Shown one piece after another: positions 45,549 through 56,171 of a stretch of DNA of 57,991 nucleotides. The notes under the pieces are model-generated. The model saw only the letters and a program-made list of their open reading frames with translations. It had not been told where the DNA came from and did no database searches. Source of the stretch: Stramenopiles sp. TOSAG23-2. Lineage: Eukaryota. How positions within the stretch are numbered: the first letter of the stretch is position 1; the number at the start of each line of letters is the position of its first letter. Position numbers and translations under genes: made by a program. The stretch covers positions 1 through 57,991 of the forward strand of contig LT649255.1 of assembly GCA_900128395.1 (NCBI GenBank). Reading direction: 5' to 3'.

Positions 45549-45646
45549 ATAAATCACCTTTTTGTCGGAGCACTTCGCAGGGGGAGAATCTTTTTCAAAC
45601 TCTTTTTTTTTTTTTTACCCCCTGCGCTCGTCATGTGGTAATATTT
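45549..45646 (-). promoter_or_regulatory. SECIS element (type II) in the GPx 3' UTR
   Basis: Minus strand: AUGAC-GAGC-GCAGGGGG-U(A)n-AGAGUUU-GAAAA-AGAUUCU-CCCCCUGC-gaagu-GCUC-CGAC. This gives the AUGA/GA core, a 12-bp upper stem, unpaired As and an apical mini-stem. Lower stem UUACC/GGUGA. It lies about 30 nt after the stop codon. Confidence 0.85.
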
Positions 45647-45663
45647 GTTTTATTAATTTTCAC

Positions 45664-46161
45664 TCATCCAATCCAACTAGGTATATTTTTTTCCAGCTGG
45701 TCAGGTTTAACATCCTGTCCAAACCGTGCTAGAACGTTGCCATCTCGACCAATGACAAACTTGGTAAAATTCCAAGCAATTTTTCCACGTAGCGCATTCT
45801 TAAGAAAAACATATGTAGGCTGTGTATCGGTACCATTTACATCCGCACGCTCCATTAGCCACTCGCTTGGCAACTTGTGCTTTTGTACATAAAATTTGGC
45901 AATGTCAGATGGTGTGCCAGGCTCCTCGGAGCAGAACTGGTTGCAAGGAAAGAATAGCAACTGTAAATCTTTTGTGTACTTTTTCCCTAATGCAATTAGC
46001 CCAGGAACCTCCTGAACGTCTCACAGGCGTGCAACATTAACGGCTAAGACAACTTTTCCTTTAAATGCACTAAAATCAACAGCCTCCCCAGCATTGTTTT
46101 TCGCATGAAGGTCAAAAAATGTATTTTTACTTGCGTTAGTGGTAGTAGTGGAAGAAGACAT
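45664..46161 (-). CDS. GPX: Selenocysteine-containing glutathione peroxidase (165 aa; Sec codon TGA at 46023-46021)
   Basis: ORFs 46021..46245 and 45664..45960 are in the same frame and read through as FKGKVVLAVNVARL-U-DVQEVPGL..FFPCNQF..EPG..DVNG..IAWNFTKFVIGRDG. The TGA sits exactly at the peroxidatic position. Confidence 0.92.
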
Positions 46162-46816
46162 GATGGATTGAAAATAAGAAGTTATAATATAGCTTTCGAC
46201 CTTCAAGCTATAACATCTACCAGCAGAAAAAATAATATACCACATTAATTTATTATCTTTTTAGAGAAGTGCAACAAAAGAAACAAGAATTGCAATTATT
46301 TTAGAGAGGATCACATGTGCTCATTCGACAGAATAAAAGAAAATGACAAAATCTAGCTAGCTAGCCAGCTAGCAATAGCATTGTAAAACCTTAAAAACAA
46401 TTTCTAAACATTCTTACTAAAAGGTTCTTACTATAAAACAGACATATAACTTAAAAATAGGAAACATTTACACTAAAAAAAATACAATGGAATATATTTA
46501 TTAAGGTACATGTAACATATAATATACATAATAATAACACATATAATAATACATATAAATAATATTAACTAGGAACATATTATTACTATTAGAATACATA
46601 TAAACAAAAAGCGTCACTTCGTATTTTTACATGTGTCAACAAATAAATGGGGGGGGAGGTATAATATAAACTAGAAAAATGTTTGTGCAATCTATGATCT
46701 GTTTATAGTTATTATACGTCTGATATACATATGTAACAAGTTTACATCCATTTAGTTACAACCTCTTACAGATAGAATTGATATTTACTATTATTCGTTA
46801 TTAAGAGTAGCAGATC

Positions 46817-47713
46817 ATGTATCCTGTAACATTGAAAATAATAGTGTTAGTATGTGTTTGTTTTGTGTTAATTATTACACCTACTTACAGCGTTGAAGTA
46901 AAAAATAAGATTGCTGGGCCATTATTAGATAAAGTAAACTCCAAACCTTTGGTAAAAGCTGATCCATGGGGTAAATGTCGTTGGGCAAGAACGAATAAAA
47001 ATATTGGTGCAAAAATGGGTGAAATTGTTAAAGATCGCACTGCATGTATGGACTATAGTAATAAAAGATGTATATTTGATAGACTTACTGGAGGTTGCAT
47101 TACAAAGACCGCAGCTGAAGGTCATAATACAGATGTATTATTATCAAACTGTGTAAAAAGATGTACGACTAGAAGTTGTAAAAATCGATGTAAAGAACAA
47201 AATTATGCAGAGAGAGATGATAGTAACGATAGAGAACCTGAATATGATGCAAATGGAGGCGTAGAAGCATTAAAAAACTGTTTAAGCGCCTGTGTTACAA
47301 GAAGTTGTCGACAAAGATGTCAAAGGGTAGGATATTTATCAGAGAGCACAAAAAATTCACGTACATACAAAGTGTCGAAATTGAGACTTTGTATTAGTAA
47401 GTGTGTGACACGAAGTTGTAAACGTCGATGTCAAGAAACAGATTATAATTCCGTGAATGTTGTTAAGGATGAATTAGAAACAGATCGATATTTAGATCTT
47501 AAAGTAGCAGAAGCAAAGAGAGGCTATAATAAGCGAGATATGAAAAAATTTATTACAAAAAAAACAAAACGTTGTTATAAAGTATGTATGGTAGAATTTG
47601 GTAAAAAGCAAAAATGTTTAAAAACATGTGGTATCAAAAATAGGAGCAAATGTAAATTTTCAAGAGATGGTTTACATGACATAAGAAACTTGAATGAATT
47701 TGTATGTGAATAG
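46817..47713 (+). CDS. Secreted Cys-rich protein with three CxxxCxTRSCxxRC repeats
   Basis: Signal peptide; repeats CVKRCTTRSCKNRC, CLSACVTRSCRQRC and CISKCVTRSCKRRC. Confidence 0.75.
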   Translation: MYPVTLKIIVLVCVCFVLIITPTYSVEVKNKIAGPLLDKVNSKPLVKADPWGKCRWARTNKNIGAKMGEIVKDRTACMDYSNKRCIFDRLTGGCITKTAAEGHNTDVLLSNCVKRCTTRSCKNRCKEQNYAERDDSNDREPEYDANGGVEALKNCLSACVTRSCRQRCQRVGYLSESTKNSRTYKVSKLRLCISKCVTRSCKRRCQETDYNSVNVVKDELETDRYLDLKVAEAKRGYNKRDMKKFITKKTKRCYKVCMVEFGKKQKCLKTCGIKNRSKCKFSRDGLHDIRNLNEFVCE

Positions 47714-48348
47714 ACTAGAAAAGTAAATGTGTCCATGTATAATTTGTTTTTATCTATAGTATGATATGATATATCTATATTGTAAAAGAAAATATAATTT
47801 ATATATGCATATATACATTTTTTTATAAATAAAGAAAAACCTGTTTTAACTGTCTCTGTCTCTCTTATCATACTCAAGTCGTATGATATTAATGTCATAC
47901 GAATATACGTACAAAGGTAAAATTTGATATCTTACCTAATATACGAACTCGGACAACAATTGATCTCGATTTAGAGTAATCATGGCTATACTTGATCTCA
48001 TGGGGCATTGTTTTTTCTTTTCACGCACACACACATATATATTTTCCATTTCCCCTGCCTGGCCTGGAGCAGAGAAGAAAAAGAAAAAGAAGACGGAGAG
48101 AGAGAAAGAATTTTATTCACACAAGGTATACGATTTTCGATTTTCACGTATTTTTTAATCAAGTTGGTGATGGTAATAGGAACTTTGTTGTACTTAAACA
48201 ATACAAATCACAGGCGAGACCACAAATTAAAAACATTGAAATCTTTATATTTAATTTGTAATTTATAGATGAAGAAAATGTAAATGGACATAGAGAGACA
48301 GAGAGTAATTTAAATCACTAATACAACAAAGGACAGAATAAAAATATC

Positions 48349-50251
48349 ATGGCTTCATTTATTGATTCGCTATCAGCAAATACCAACGAAAATGGCGTGC
48401 CAATGGTAGATGGAAAACCAGCAGATCAAATTTTTGATGGTGTATCTGCATCTGAATTATTTGGTGATCGAGATCGTAGATCTGGGGTTACTTTTGATGA
48501 TTTAATTATATTGCCAGGTGCAATAGATTTTGGATGTGACGATGTACAATTGCAAACAAGGGTTACACGTAATATTTCATTGAATTTGCCTTTTGTATCC
48601 TCTCCCATGGATACCGTCACTGAAAGTGAAATGGCAATACAAATGGCATTACAAGGTGGATTAGGTGTAATACATAATCACATGCCAATTTCTAAACAAG
48701 TTTCAGAGGTAGAACGAGTTAAACGTTTTAAATCAGGTAAGTTTGACACACACACACACACACACATACGAAAAAAGAATAATATATAAATTTTTGTTTA
48801 TGTAGTATATTTCTTGAATTCTTAACATAGTAAACATTAATATTTCTAACCTTTAAAAATATTAACATCCATACACAGGTTTTATCATGGAACCATATTG
48901 TTTAAAACCAACACAAACGTTAAGTGCAGTGGATACATTAAAAAAAGAAAAAGGTTATACAGCATTCCCAATAACAAGTACTGGTAGAGTTGGTGGTGAA
49001 CTTTTAGGTATATTAACATCACGTGATTCTGATTTTGTGGAAGATCGCAATACACCAATTGAACAATGCATGACAAAAAAAGATAACTTAGTAACAGCAA
49101 ACGATGGATGCACATTGGAAGATGCACAAAATATTTTAAGAAACAGTAAAAAAGGTAAATTATTAATAATAGGAACATCTGGTGAATTGATTTCAATGAT
49201 CGCACGAAAAGATTTAAGTAAAACAAGGGATTATCCACTTGCAACGAAATCACGACGGGATCAAAATTTATGCGTAGCAGCAGCTGTTAGCACGCGTAAA
49301 AAAGATACAAAACGTGTAGATGCATTAATCAATGCAGGAGTGGATATCATCGTATTAGATGCAAAGCAAGGGGATAGCATTGAACAATTAGCAATGGTAA
49401 AATACATTAATACAAAACGTGTAGATGCATTAATCAATGCAGGAGTGGATATCATCGTATTAGATGCAAAGCAAGGGGATAGCATTGAACAATTAGCAAT
49501 GGTAAAATACATTAAAACAACATATGGACATACCGAAGTCGATGTTATTGGTGGTAATGTAGTAACTGCAACGCAAGTAAAACGATTAATTGATGCTGGT
49601 ATTGATGGTATACGTATTGGAATGGGTGCTGGTACTATTTCAACATCGCAAATCGTAAAAGCCGTTGGAAGAGCACAATTAAGTGCTGTGTATTATACTA
49701 GTTTAATAGCAAAGAAAGCTGGGATTCCAGTCATCGCAGATGGTGGTATTAGTTCCACTGGATGTGCAACAAAAGCATTAGCAATTGGTGCTTCATGTGT
49801 TATGATGGGTTCCTTATTGGCAGGTAGTAAAGAAGCACCAGGGGAATATTTTTTTCAAAATGGAACACGGTTAAAAAAATATAGAGGCATGCAAAGTTTA
49901 GATGCAAAAGAAGAATGGGATGAAGAATTTATAAGTGAAACATCAGGTATGGCATTATCACCTGGACGTAGACCACGTAGCAATAGTATGGGTGGTACTA
50001 CTGGTTCTCAAATTTTTAGTGTTGGTGTTAGTGGCGCCGTTGTTGATAAAGGTACTGTTAGTCGATATATACCATATTTAGCACAATCATTACGACATGG
50101 ATTTCAAGATATTGGTGCAAGATCAATACCAATCATACATGAATATTTAGCTGCTGGTACTATGCGATTTGAAATTAGATCACAAGCAGCACAAAAAGAA
50201 GGTGGTGTACATGATTTATTTACATATAAAAAGAGATTGTTTACTAGTTAA
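48349..50251 (+). CDS. IMP dehydrogenase-like protein with CBS domains, catalytic Cys replaced by Ser; exons 48349..48736 and 48879..50251
   Basis: [27 protein letters not shown] pair, [52 protein letters not shown]. Intron GTAAGT..ACAG at 48737-48878. The active-site loop reads [11 protein letters not shown]. Contains a 105-bp in-frame duplication at 49305-49514. Confidence 0.9.
49305..49514. repeat. Identical 105-bp tandem duplication inside the IMPDH-like CDS
   Basis: 49305-49409 = 49410-49514, repeating [34 protein letters not shown]. Confidence 0.92.
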
Positions 50252-50288
50252 AATCCCGTTTAAATAAGATGTGTCTTTTGTGTACATC

Positions 50289-50870
50289 GTCATAGGGAGA
50301 GAGATTGTGTGTGTATGTGTGAAAGGATGTGTATTTTGAATATTTTTAAATATTTTCTCGTATATCTCAAATAATGTTTTTTTAAAATCATCTCTCTCTC
50401 GTTACAAACGTGACGGTACATAACCATCATGTACGCCACCTGCATTTTGTCATAGGGAGAGAGATTGTGTGTGTATGTGTGAAAGGATGTGTATTTTGAA
50501 TATTTTTAAATATTTTCTCGTATATCTCAAATAATGTTTTTTTAAAATCATCTCTCTCTCGTTACAAACGTGACGGTACATAACCATCATGTACGCCACC
50601 TGCATTTTGATGTTGCATACCATATACATAATATGGATCTGCACCAAATGGACCGCCATATGGTTCATTATGATAATTCCTAAATTTACTAGCAGGTGAA
50701 CTAAAACCACTTCTCTCTCGTTACAAACGTGACGGTACATAACCATCATGTACGCCACCTGCATTTTGATGTTGCATACCATATACATAATATGGATCTG
50801 CACCAAATGGACCGCCATATGGTTCATTATGATAATTCCTAAATTTACTAGCAGGTGAACTAAAACCACT
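50289..50870. repeat. Nested identical tandem duplications (160 bp and 159 bp)
   Basis: 50289-50448 = 50449-50608 and 50553-50711 = 50712-50870. Confidence 0.9.
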
Positions 50871-51476
50871 TTGGCCATTTTTATTTACAAACATCATATT
50901 GGATTTTGCATAATATGGATCTGGGCCAAATGGACCACCGAAACTTTCTTGGTCTGGATTGCCTTTACTATGTTGTGGGCATACATGTAAGCACATAGCG
51001 CCGCGTGGCGTGACTTTAGTTGCTATTTGACTCTTTATTTGCAAAAACGATGTTACCGCAGCTGAATGTCCACCACTAAAAGTTGGATTATAGTTCATAG
51101 GAACCGCTGAAGGTAAAGCTCTAGATTGTACAGGATTTTTAACGCCAGGCCAATGCCCAGCAAAGTTCATAGGTTGATTCGGACTGTATGGATTTAATGT
51201 TCCAGGCCCAAATGGACCACCATGCAACTCTTTCTCATACGTAAAATAAGATGTGTCATAATATGGATCATGCCCAGTTGGATATACAACTGGTGGACAA
51301 ACTGTATAACACCTATGATCTATTAAACTATGCCTAGCACCACCACCAAGACTACCACGTCCCATTGCACTAGGTGGTATTTGTGCATGTGCCATATTTA
51401 TGATACAAAATGCATAATAAAAAATGGCTACGATACCTATGTATATTCCTATTGATGGTTTCTTATATATCATCAT
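50721..51476 (-). CDS. Secreted Gly/Pro/Tyr-rich protein with GGPFG(P/A)DPYY repeats
   Basis: Likely ATG at 51476 followed by a hydrophobic signal (IGIYIGIVAIFYYAFCIINMAHA). Three GGPFG, three DPYY and two CxxVCP motifs, plus an SFLQ motif. The apparent 5' extension of the ORF is a duplicated segment. Confidence 0.7.
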   Translation of the reverse strand: MMIYKKPSIGIYIGIVAIFYYAFCIINMAHAQIPPSAMGRGSLGGGARHSLIDHRCYTVCPPVVYPTGHDPYYDTSYFTYEKELHGGPFGPGTLNPYSPNQPMNFAGHWPGVKNPVQSRALPSAVPMNYNPTFSGGHSAAVTSFLQIKSQIATKVTPRGAMCLHVCPQHSKGNPDQESFGGPFGPDPYYAKSNMMFVNKNGQSGFSSPASKFRNYHNEPYGGPFGADPYYVYGMQHQNAGGVHDGYVPSRL

Positions 51477-52259
51477 ATATCTTGTTCTTCTTCCTTTTTT
51501 TTTAAATATAAAAAAGAAGTGGATGATATATACGATACCTATGTATATTCCTATTGATGGTTTCTTATATATCATCATATATCTTGTTCTTCTTCCTTTT
51601 TTTTTAAATATAAAAAAGAAGTGGATGATATATATCACATATGTATATACAATTATGAATGCATTTACTCATCACATTTTTATGATTATTATTGATCCTC
51701 CCCTACAAAAAAAATGAAAAATCCTCCTCGTTTTATTTGTTGTAAGTGTAGAAAACAACAACCTTTTTCAGCAATTCTCGTTTAAGGTGTATGATTTTAA
51801 GGGAAAATGGGAAAATTATTAGTTTTTCCAAAATTATTCGGCCCGGCGCATGCCTTAGCTGCCTCTGAATACAACTGGTATTCGATAAGGATTAGCAGGT
51901 CAATACAAGGGGTAAAAATCAACATAAATATTGAAGAACAGCCGCATAAAAGCCACAAAAAACACATTTTTTATAAAAATTATATTGTAATATACAATCA
52001 CATTGAGTTGTATATTCTATAACAAGTAGAAATTACAAAGTAAATTACAATTTATACAAGACTTTTTATCTAAAGAGGAGAATAAATACAACCTATTTCA
52101 GATATTAAAAACAGAAAAATAATTTTATCGTACATCAAAAAAACCAATCATGGATACGTTGATATTAATATTTATTGCTATATTGATATTAGCAATTGCA
52201 TTTTTTTATTATCAAAAAACAAGTACACCAGCTATTATCGTACATCAAAAAAACCAATC

Positions 52260-54347
52260 ATGGATACGTTGATATTAATATTTATTGCTATATTGATATT
52301 AGCAATTGCATTTTTTTATTATCAAAAAACAAGTACACCAGCTACAACAGGATTATCCTTATATGAGCAAGCTATGAAAGATGCAGAGGAGAAGAAAAAA
52401 GCTGCTGCTGCTGCTGCTGCTGGAGGTGCATCAGCCAACGGTGCTCCTGCTGAAAATCCATATCCAGGTGGAAATTTAACCATTTACTTTGGATCACAAA
52501 CTGGTACGGCGGAAGAATTTGCGAAAACATTAGAAAATGAAGGTAAAACAAACGGGTTCAATACAAAAGTGGTTGATTTGGAAGATTTTGAACCGGAAGA
52601 TATGCAAAATGATAATATTGCAATATTTGCAATGGCAACATATGGCGAAGGGGACCCAACAGATAATGCAATTGATTTCAACAAATGGATTAAAGATAAA
52701 CACCAAGAATTGGAAGATGATTTTTTCAGTGGTTTGAAATATACTGTATTTGGTTTGGGTAATCGTCAATATGAGCATTACAATAAAATGGGACGTTATA
52801 TTGATAAACGCTTGGAAGCATTAGGTGGTACGAGAATATTTCAATATGGGGAAGGGGATGATGATCAAAATTTAGATGAAGATTTTGATACGTGGCGCGA
52901 GGAATTATGGCCATCATTGAATGCACAATTCAGTGGTAGACGCAGCAGCTTTGGTAATGAAATCGAAGCAGAAAATTTAAAAGAACCAACATTAAATTAT
53001 GAAATTGTTTATATTGATGAAAACGATGATTCAGAAAGAATGCGATCTAGTACAAGAAAAGCACGAGAAAGATGTATTGCATCTGCAAATAAAGCCAATA
53101 TTAAAATTGATTTAGGCAGTAAACAATATTTTAAATCCATCGGAGCAAAAGTAGTATCGATAAAAGAATTGAGACAAAGTACCGTGACGACATGCACGAA
53201 ACATGTGGAAATTGATTTATCCAACAGTGCATCATATGTAACAGCTGATAATTTAAATGTTTGTTGTGAGAATGATCCATTTTTAGTGGAACATATCTGC
53301 AAACAATTAATTGTATTAGATGATAGTTTAAATGGCAATATCGATCGTTATTTCTTATTGCGACGTAAGGAAGGTACAAATCCCAATGACAAACCATTGT
53401 TTCCATCACCATGTAGTATTAGGCAAGCAATTGCTAATTATTGCGACATTACATCGACCATACGTAAAAGTATGTTATTAACATTAGCATATTTTGCACA
53501 AGATACAAATGAAAAAGAAATGTTAGTACATATGACAAAAAAAGAGGGTAAAGATGAATTTAATAATTTCATTGTGCAACCACAGCGTACCATATCTGAA
53601 GTCTTAGAACATTTTTCAAGTATTAAAATACCATTTTTGAATTTAATCGAATTATTACCACGTTTACAAGCAAGGGAATATACGATATCATCGAGTTCAA
53701 TGGTACAACCAAGTATATGTAGTGTCACTGTTAGTGTTGTGAATGATACGAAACCAGATGGTGATAAAGGTGAAAATCGTTATCATCGTGGTGTATGTTC
53801 AAATTTTTTAAATGAAGTGCATGTTGGACAAAATATCAATGTATATGTCAAACCATCATCCTTTCGCTTACCAGTGGAAACGTCCACGCCAATTATTATG
53901 GTTGGTCCAGGAACAGGTGTTGCACCCATGCGTGCATTTTGTCAAGAACGACAATATTTAAAACATGTGAAAAAAGTAAATGTTGGACGTACATGTTTAT
54001 TTTTTGGATGTAGGCAAAAAGATGAAGATTTCATTTATGATGATGAAATGTTGCAATATATGCAAGATGGAACATTGGATGATTTATTTACAGCTTTTTC
54101 ACGTGAAAATCCAATGAAAAAAGTATATGTACAAAATTTAATGGTAGAACAAAGTGAATTGATATATGATTTAATATATAAAAAAAATGCATACTTTTAT
54201 GTATGTGGTGGTACAACGATGGGTAATGATGTTTACAAAACATTGGAACAAATATTAATGGATAGAATTAATAATAACGAAGATGTTACTGCATATTTAA
54301 GTAATATGAAAGCTAAAGGACGATATGTACAAGAGTTGTGGTCGTAG
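52260..54347 (+). CDS. POR: NADPH-cytochrome P450 reductase
   Basis: N-terminal membrane anchor; FMN motifs YFGSQTGTAE, ATYGEGDPTDNA, VFGLGNRQYEHYN; FAD motifs REYTISSS, GVCS; NADPH motifs MVGPGTGVAPMR, LFFGCR, AFSR, YVCG; C-terminal ELWS. Confidence 0.95.
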   Translation: MDTLILIFIAILILAIAFFYYQKTSTPATTGLSLYEQAMKDAEEKKKAAAAAAAGGASANGAPAENPYPGGNLTIYFGSQTGTAEEFAKTLENEGKTNGFNTKVVDLEDFEPEDMQNDNIAIFAMATYGEGDPTDNAIDFNKWIKDKHQELEDDFFSGLKYTVFGLGNRQYEHYNKMGRYIDKRLEALGGTRIFQYGEGDDDQNLDEDFDTWREELWPSLNAQFSGRRSSFGNEIEAENLKEPTLNYEIVYIDENDDSERMRSSTRKARERCIASANKANIKIDLGSKQYFKSIGAKVVSIKELRQSTVTTCTKHVEIDLSNSASYVTADNLNVCCENDPFLVEHICKQLIVLDDSLNGNIDRYFLLRRKEGTNPNDKPLFPSPCSIRQAIANYCDITSTIRKSMLLTLAYFAQDTNEKEMLVHMTKKEGKDEFNNFIVQPQRTISEVLEHFSSIKIPFLNLIELLPRLQAREYTISSSSMVQPSICSVTVSVVNDTKPDGDKGENRYHRGVCSNFLNEVHVGQNINVYVKPSSFRLPVETSTPIIMVGPGTGVAPMRAFCQERQYLKHVKKVNVGRTCLFFGCRQKDEDFIYDDEMLQYMQDGTLDDLFTAFSRENPMKKVYVQNLMVEQSELIYDLIYKKNAYFYVCGGTTMGNDVYKTLEQILMDRINNNEDVTAYLSNMKAKGRYVQELWS

Positions 54348-54669
54348 GGAACTGTATATTATATATACACGCGAACTTATTTAAAAATGACAGCAATCTT
54401 TTTTTGTGTGTATTTTTAATATATATATATATATTTTAAAATATGAAAGCTAAAGGACGATATGTACAAGAGTTGTGGTCGTAGGGAACTGTATATTATA
54501 TATACACGCGAACTTATTTAAAAATGACAGCAATCTTTTTTTGTGTGTATTTTTAATATATATATATATATTTTAAAAGGAAAATCTATTGTACGCGTGA
54601 GTGTGAAATGTTTTTTGAGTTAAAATCTGCCACTACACATATATATTTGTGGGTACACACGCGATTTAA

Positions 54670-55440
54670 AAAAATCATTGGTTTCGAGAGAGAGCGAGAT
54701 TAATACTTGAGGAAGTACTCGTATAATAATATTATTTTTTACGTCGTCTTTTGTATTTTTTTACACGAGTATATTTTATTAAAACTGGAAATATAAAATA
54801 AATTGTTGTGGACACGCGAGTATTTTTTTGTTGTACATTTTAAAACTGTGTGGGGAAAAATTAAAAAAAAAATAAATTTTGGAAAAATCATTGGTTTCGA
54901 GAGAGAGCGAGATTAATACTTGAGGAAGTACTCGTATAATAATATTATTTTTTACGTCGTCTTTTGTATTTTTTTTACACGAGTATATTTTATTAAAACT
55001 GGAAATATAAAATAAATTGTTGTGGACACGCGAGTATTTTTTTGTTGTACATTTTAAAACTGTGTGGGGAAAAATTAAAAAAAAATAAATTTTGGACACA
55101 AAAATGTATTTCCAATTTCTTTCAAATATTAAGTATCATACTTTTGACATATATATAAAAATCATTGGTTTCGAGAGAGAGCGAGATTAATACTTGAGGA
55201 AGTACTCGTATAATAATAAATTATATTTTTTTACCTCGTCTTTTGTATTTTTTTTACACGAGTGTATTTTATTAAAACTGGAATTATAAAATAATTTGTT
55301 GTTGACACGCGAGTATTTTTTTGTAAGTACATTTTAAAACTGTGGGGGAAAAATTAAAAAAAAATAAATTTTGGACACAAAAATGTATTTCCAATTTCTT
55401 TCAAATATTAAGTATCATACTTTTGACATATATATATATA
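54670..55440. repeat. Tandem copies (three full, with variants) of a ~210-270 bp intergenic segment
   Basis: AAAAATCATTGGTTTCGAGAGAGAGCGAGATTAATACTTGAGG recurs at ~54670, ~54883 and ~55157. The third copy carries substitutions and indels. Confidence 0.85.
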
Positions 55441-55618
55441 TACACACACACTTTAGAATATTATTCTACTTTTTTGCTAATTTCCACCCATTTTCCCTTA
55501 AAACCATACACCTTAAACGAGACTTGCTAGAAAAAGGTTGTTGTTTTCTACACTTACAACAAATAAAACGAGGAGGAGGATTTTATATATATATACACAC
55601 ACACTTTAGAATATTATT

Positions 55619-56023
55619 CTACTTTTTTGCTAATTTCCACCCATTTTTCGTTGCTACTTCAAACCTATTTTTCCAATCACTACATATATATTGATCTACA
55701 CAAGGATTACCATATATACAAGAACATGTTTCTCCACCAGTTGAACTCCATGTTGACGAGTCGTTCCTATCATATTCTTTATTGGTAGCTGCTACGGTAT
55801 CATCATATTTTACTCTAGATGTTGTTTTTGCTACAAATTTTTCACCACGTTCCTCCGCTAATTTCTTTTCTGCAGCACGCTTTGCTCTTGCTTCAGCCTT
55901 AAGTTGCTTTAATCCTTTTCTACTTTTCCTATCTTTTAATCTTTCTTGATATATACGCTCTTCAGACGGTGTACGTTTTAATTTTTTTTTACCATCACTA
56001 TTATTATTGTTATTAGTTTCCAT
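55619..56023 (-). CDS. Small basic protein with a C-terminal Cys motif (CSCIYGNPCVDQYIC)
   Basis: ATG-started 134-aa ORF with a charged helix followed by CSCxxGNPCxxxYxCxxW. Family not recognised. Confidence 0.7.
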   Translation of the reverse strand: METNNNNNSDGKKKLKRTPSEERIYQERLKDRKSRKGLKQLKAEARAKRAAEKKLAEERGEKFVAKTTSRVKYDDTVAATNKEYDRNDSSTWSSTGGETCSCIYGNPCVDQYICSDWKNRFEVATKNGWKLAKK

Positions 56024-56171
56024 TGTTGTCGTTTTTTAATTTTAAATGTAAATTTGATAATATAATTCAAAAAAAATTATCAAAAATAAATAATTTATTT
56101 ATAAAATAACAAATGATAACACGTTTTAGTTACCAATTGATTTTTAATATCTGTTTAATATTATTATACTA

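Noticed and set aside
45664-46245. GPx as a pseudogene with a premature stop
   Set aside because: The stop is UGA at the catalytic position and a SECIS follows, so selenocysteine is the better explanation.
49305-49514. 35-aa internal repeat in the IMPDH-like protein as a novel domain duplication
   Set aside because: 100% identical at DNA level, would disrupt the barrel, and matches the window-wide duplication pattern. Most likely an artefact.
50450-50878. 142-aa repeated ORF
   Set aside because: Alternative frame across duplicated segments of the neighbouring gene's 3' end.
52150-52234. Upstream copy of the POR signal anchor as a uORF or alternative start
   Set aside because: Part of an identical 110-bp duplication, probably an artefact.
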